DNA of 64,000 nucleotides from an uncultured bacterium (GTDB lineage Bacteria; Babelota; Babeliae; Babelales; Babelaceae): NCBI GenBank assembly GCA_963848965.1, contig CAWKFG010000001.1, positions 64,001 to 128,000 of the forward strand, read 5' to 3'. Shown piece by piece: positions 60,388 to 64,000 of this stretch (position 1 is its first letter; each line of letters starts with the position of its first letter). The notes under the pieces were generated by a model. It saw only the letters and a program-made list of their open reading frames with translations, ran no database searches and was not told where the DNA came from. The position numbers and the translations under genes were made by a program.

Positions 60388-63300
60388 ATGTTTTACTACC
60401 TTTTTATGATTCCTCTCTTATATTTTTCATTTTACCTTAATGCTATGGAAAAAGTAGCTGAAACAAGGTCACAAGAAAATCATATTATTTTAAACCTTTC
60501 TCCTGAGAGTATGCTTCTAAAAGCTGTGTTTAATAAGAATATAGATGAAGTTCAATCTCTCTGTCAGTCAAAAGTAAATGTTAATGTACAAGCTAAAGAT
60601 GGTAATACTCCTTTAATAGTTGCGGCAATAAAAGAATCTAAAGAGATAGTAGAAATACTTTTAGCTGCAGGTGCTGACGTATGTATTCAAAATACTAAGG
60701 GTGCTACAGCTTTAGTTGGCGCTATAGAGTTTAATCAAAAAGATATCGCAAGGGTACTTTTAGACGCAGATAAAGGTAGTGATATTAATGCTTGTATTGC
60801 AAATGGTCTTACTCTTTTGGGCCATAGCGTATCTCATGAGCATGAAGAACTAGTAAATTTATTTCTTGAAAAAGGCGCAAGCGTTAATGTTCGGGATACA
60901 TTTGGGCGTACAGCACTGATGTATGCAGTAGCCAAGGGAAATAAGAAAATAGTAGAGCTTCTTTTAGGTGCAGGTGCTGCTCTTGATATAAAAGATAACC
61001 AAGGCTGGACAGCAATAACATATGCAGCTTGCTATTTTCATGAAGAATTACTCTTGCTCTTTAAAAAAAGAGATAGAGAAAGGGTGCTTAAAGAGATTAA
61101 TGAGCTTTTACTGGCTAGTATACAGAATGATAACATCCGTTTGTTCACTCTGTTATTAAAATGTGGTGCCAGCGTTTACACTAAAGACATTACTGAAACA
61201 CCTGTTCTCATACGAGCTGCAAAAAGAGGTAATGAGGGAATGGTTAAAATGCTTTTAGATGAGCATGCGTACATTGATAAGACAGATTCTAAAGGGTGTA
61301 CTGCTTTAATGTATGCTGCACAAAATGGATATGAAGGTATAGTAAAACTGCTTATATCCAGAGGAACAGATATCAATTGGACAAGTTTTAATAACCTTAC
61401 AGCTCTTATGTACGCTGCAGCTAATGGCAGAGAAGAAATAGTAAAAATATTGTTAGATGCAGGTGCTGATAGTAAAAAGAAAGATCGTCAGAATACTACT
61501 GCTTTAATGTATGCGGTTAAAAACAATCATAAAGGAGTAGTAACATTACTTTTAGATAGATGTATACAAGATATTACTAAAGCTGATACTGCAGCTCTTG
61601 TATCTTCGGCTATTGAGAGTGAAAATAAAGATATGGTAGCGCTCCTTATAGATCGCGGGACTGACGTTAACCTTAAAGTTGGATACTATGATACTCCTCT
61701 CTTAAGTTTGGCGGCTTCTAAGGGCTCTAAGGAAATAGTAGGCTTACTTTTAAATAAAGGTGCTCGTATAAATGTTCGAGATAATGATGGCAAAACTGCC
61801 TTAATCCACGCAGCAAAGGATGGACATATTGAAGTAGTTAAGCTGCTTCTAAGTGGAGTATCAACAGCTGAGGGTAAAGATAGAGAGCCATCATTATTAA
61901 GAGATACTGCTGATATTAACGCCAAGGATAAGGATCTTAATTATACTGCTCTAATGAGGGCTGTAAAGAATGGACACAAAGAAGTAGTAGCCTTGCTTGT
62001 AGATAGAGGGGCAGATCTTGATATTCAAGATATAATGAATAAAACAGCCTTGATGCTTGCTACTGAGGGTAGACTTAAAGAAATAGTAGCATTGCTTATG
62101 GATAAAGGTGCTGATTCTTCTATTGCTAACAGTGAGGGGGATACACCGTTGATAAAGGCTGCAATGAATGGGCATGAAGATATAGTGACTGTACTTCTTG
62201 ATAAGGGTGCTGATATCAATGAGCGAAATTCTGTTCACGGTAATACTGCATTGGAATTTGCTGCAGGTGAAGGGCACAAGGAAGTAGTACAAATACTTTT
62301 AAAAAGGGGCTCTAAGGTTACTATTGCAAATAGATATAGAGGTACTGCCTTAACGTCAGTTGTATCAAGGAGCCATAATAAGGAAATACTAGAACTTCTT
62401 ATAGCTCATGGCGCAGACGTTAATACTATTGATCGAGAAGGTTGGACTGCTTTAATGTGGGCTTCCTATCAAGGTAGTAAAGAGCTGGTAAAAGTACTTT
62501 TAGATGCAGGAGCTGACGTTAATGCTAAAAGAGAATATGGTCCAACTGCTTTAATGAAGGCTGTCGAGAAAAAGCAAAAAGAGATAGCAGAAATGCTTAT
62601 TAAGGCTGGCGCAGATGTTACTATCCAAACTGGCAATAGCTGGACTGCTTTAATGGCAGCTGCCCAAAAAGGTGACAGGGAAATAGTAGCATTGCTTTTG
62701 GCTCATGGTGCAAACATTAATTTAGTAAATACTCTGTATGGTAATACTGCCCTCATGCATGCTCTAGTTACTGGTAAGAAAAAAGTAGCAGAAATGCTTA
62801 TTAAGGCAGGTGCTGATGTTAATGTGCAAAATAATGAAGGAGATACTCCTTTGATGGAAGCTATAAAGAGAAGATGTAAAAAGTTGGCGATTCTGCTTAT
62901 AGAAAGAGGTGCGGATATTAATGTTAAAAATAAGAAAAGCATAACTGCTCTCCTTGATGCTGCAAAAAAAGGAGATAAAGAACTAGTAAAAGTGCTTATT
63001 GACGCCGGTGCTGACGTTAATGCTCAAGGTAGCATAGATGGCTGGACGCCCTTAATGTATGCTGTACATAACGGATATCAAGAAATAGTGGTTTTGCTTA
63101 TAGGTTCATATGCAAAACTTAATCTGCAAAATAATAAAGGTGAAACTGCCTTAGATATAGCGATGAATAACAAATCTCAAGGAAGTAAAGATAATGTTCA
63201 TCTTATAACCTTATGTAATGATCCTGAAGTGCAAGCTTATCTTAAAGATCCTGAAGGGTACGCTCAAAGTAAGCGATACATTAACGGCACTCTGACAGTA

Positions 63301-63666
63301 TTGATGCTTGCTTCTATTTTTGGTCACTTTAAGGTTATAGAATTATATAAAGAGTGCTCTGGCAAGTACCTTAATGTATACGATGATACTGGGTCTACCG
63401 CACTCGATTACGCTTTAAAATATAATAGCCCTAGCGCTCGTATTCTTATTCATATTTATGGTGATAAAATTGACAGGGTAAAAGAAGATAAGCAAGGACT
63501 TCTTAAAATAGCGATAGCACAGAAAAATATGCTCTTAGTACAAGACCTTTTAGGTATTGGCGCAAAGCCTTCTTTTGATGTATCTCAAAAAACAAGAGAA
63601 GCAAGCTATCTTAATGCACTACCAAAAGAGCTATTTGCTCATCTTCTTCTTTTTCGAGGTAATTGA
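60388..63666 (+). CDS. Large secreted ankyrin-repeat protein with C-terminal F-box-like motif
   Basis: LNA|MEK leader; more than 20 ankyrin repeats; ends YLNALPKELFAHLLLFRGN. Confidence 0.92.
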   Translation: MFYYLFMIPLLYFSFYLNAMEKVAETRSQENHIILNLSPESMLLKAVFNKNIDEVQSLCQSKVNVNVQAKDGNTPLIVAAIKESKEIVEILLAAGADVCIQNTKGATALVGAIEFNQKDIARVLLDADKGSDINACIANGLTLLGHSVSHEHEELVNLFLEKGASVNVRDTFGRTALMYAVAKGNKKIVELLLGAGAALDIKDNQGWTAITYAACYFHEELLLLFKKRDRERVLKEINELLLASIQNDNIRLFTLLLKCGASVYTKDITETPVLIRAAKRGNEGMVKMLLDEHAYIDKTDSKGCTALMYAAQNGYEGIVKLLISRGTDINWTSFNNLTALMYAAANGREEIVKILLDAGADSKKKDRQNTTALMYAVKNNHKGVVTLLLDRCIQDITKADTAALVSSAIESENKDMVALLIDRGTDVNLKVGYYDTPLLSLAASKGSKEIVGLLLNKGARINVRDNDGKTALIHAAKDGHIEVVKLLLSGVSTAEGKDREPSLLRDTADINAKDKDLNYTALMRAVKNGHKEVVALLVDRGADLDIQDIMNKTALMLATEGRLKEIVALLMDKGADSSIANSEGDTPLIKAAMNGHEDIVTVLLDKGADINERNSVHGNTALEFAAGEGHKEVVQILLKRGSKVTIANRYRGTALTSVVSRSHNKEILELLIAHGADVNTIDREGWTALMWASYQGSKELVKVLLDAGADVNAKREYGPTALMKAVEKKQKEIAEMLIKAGADVTIQTGNSWTALMAAAQKGDREIVALLLAHGANINLVNTLYGNTALMHALVTGKKKVAEMLIKAGADVNVQNNEGDTPLMEAIKRRCKKLAILLIERGADINVKNKKSITALLDAAKKGDKELVKVLIDAGADVNAQGSIDGWTPLMYAVHNGYQEIVVLLIGSYAKLNLQNNKGETALDIAMNNKSQGSKDNVHLITLCNDPEVQAYLKDPEGYAQSKRYINGTLTVLMLASIFGHFKVIELYKECSGKYLNVYDDTGSTALDYALKYNSPSARILIHIYGDKIDRVKEDKQGLLKIAIAQKNMLLVQDLLGIGAKPSFDVSQKTREASYLNALPKELFAHLLLFRGN

Positions 63667-63676
63667 AAGGATTATA

Positions 63677-64000
63677 ATGTTATATGTAGTATATACTCTT
63701 TCTTTGCTTTGTGTTTCATTGTCCATTACTGCTATGCATGAAACAGATAGCAAAGAATTACAGAACCCCTGTAGCAATGTAGAGCTTTTATCAGAAGAGC
63801 AAAAGGCTTCTTTACTTTTTGAAGCAGTAAAAAATAATGATGTAACGGCTGTGAGAAGTCTCTGTTCTAGCATAAAAGATATTAATGCTCACTATAATGA
63901 GAAGATAGGCTTCACTTCTTTAATGTGGGCAGCTGCTCAAGGAAATAAGGAAATAATTGCCCTTCTTCTTAAGCATGGAGCTCGGACTGAAATACGAAAT
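63677..64000 (+). CDS. Secreted ankyrin-repeat protein (partial, runs off the window)
   Basis: GAAAGG RBS; MLYVVYTLSLLCVSLSITA|MHE...LLFEAVKNNDV...GFTSLMWAAAQGNKEIIALLLKHGA; open to the window end. Confidence 0.88.
   Translation, partial: MLYVVYTLSLLCVSLSITAMHETDSKELQNPCSNVELLSEEQKASLLFEAVKNNDVTAVRSLCSSIKDINAHYNEKIGFTSLMWAAAQGNKEIIALLLKHGARTEIRN

Overview
AT-rich bacterial chromosome segment. Housekeeping genes (3' part of rpoC, tRNA-Val, rpsO, pnp, rph, glmM, trpS, uvrD/pcrA, hflX, ffh-rpsP-khpA-trmD, rplS, murC, yidC-recR, pepP, rplM, rseP) are interspersed with many signal-peptide-bearing, eukaryote-like proteins: ankyrin repeats (some with MYND, RING-like or C-terminal F-box-like domains), C2H2 zinc fingers, a PPP phosphatase and an AAA+ protein with a Josephin-like region. 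This fits an intracellular parasite of protists, most likely Candidatus Babeliota (TM6/Dependentiae); the taxonomy is my inference. The strongest cross-cutting pattern is that about 12 putative effectors have a Met directly after the predicted signal-peptidase site (e.g. LNA|MEK, TYA|MKR), in two cases followed by a bipartite NLS-like sequence. Other points: an IS5-family element separating a signal peptide from an Ank/F-box gene, a cdaA-cdaR-glmM operon whose cyclase motifs are degenerate, unannotated and decayed zinc fingers, a Cys-rich C-terminal tag shared by two Ig-like surface proteins, and rpoC overlapping tRNA-Val. Three frameshifts in rpoC indicate probable indel errors, so other single-base frameshifts should be treated cautiously. 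All domain calls are by-eye motif recognition; no searches were run.
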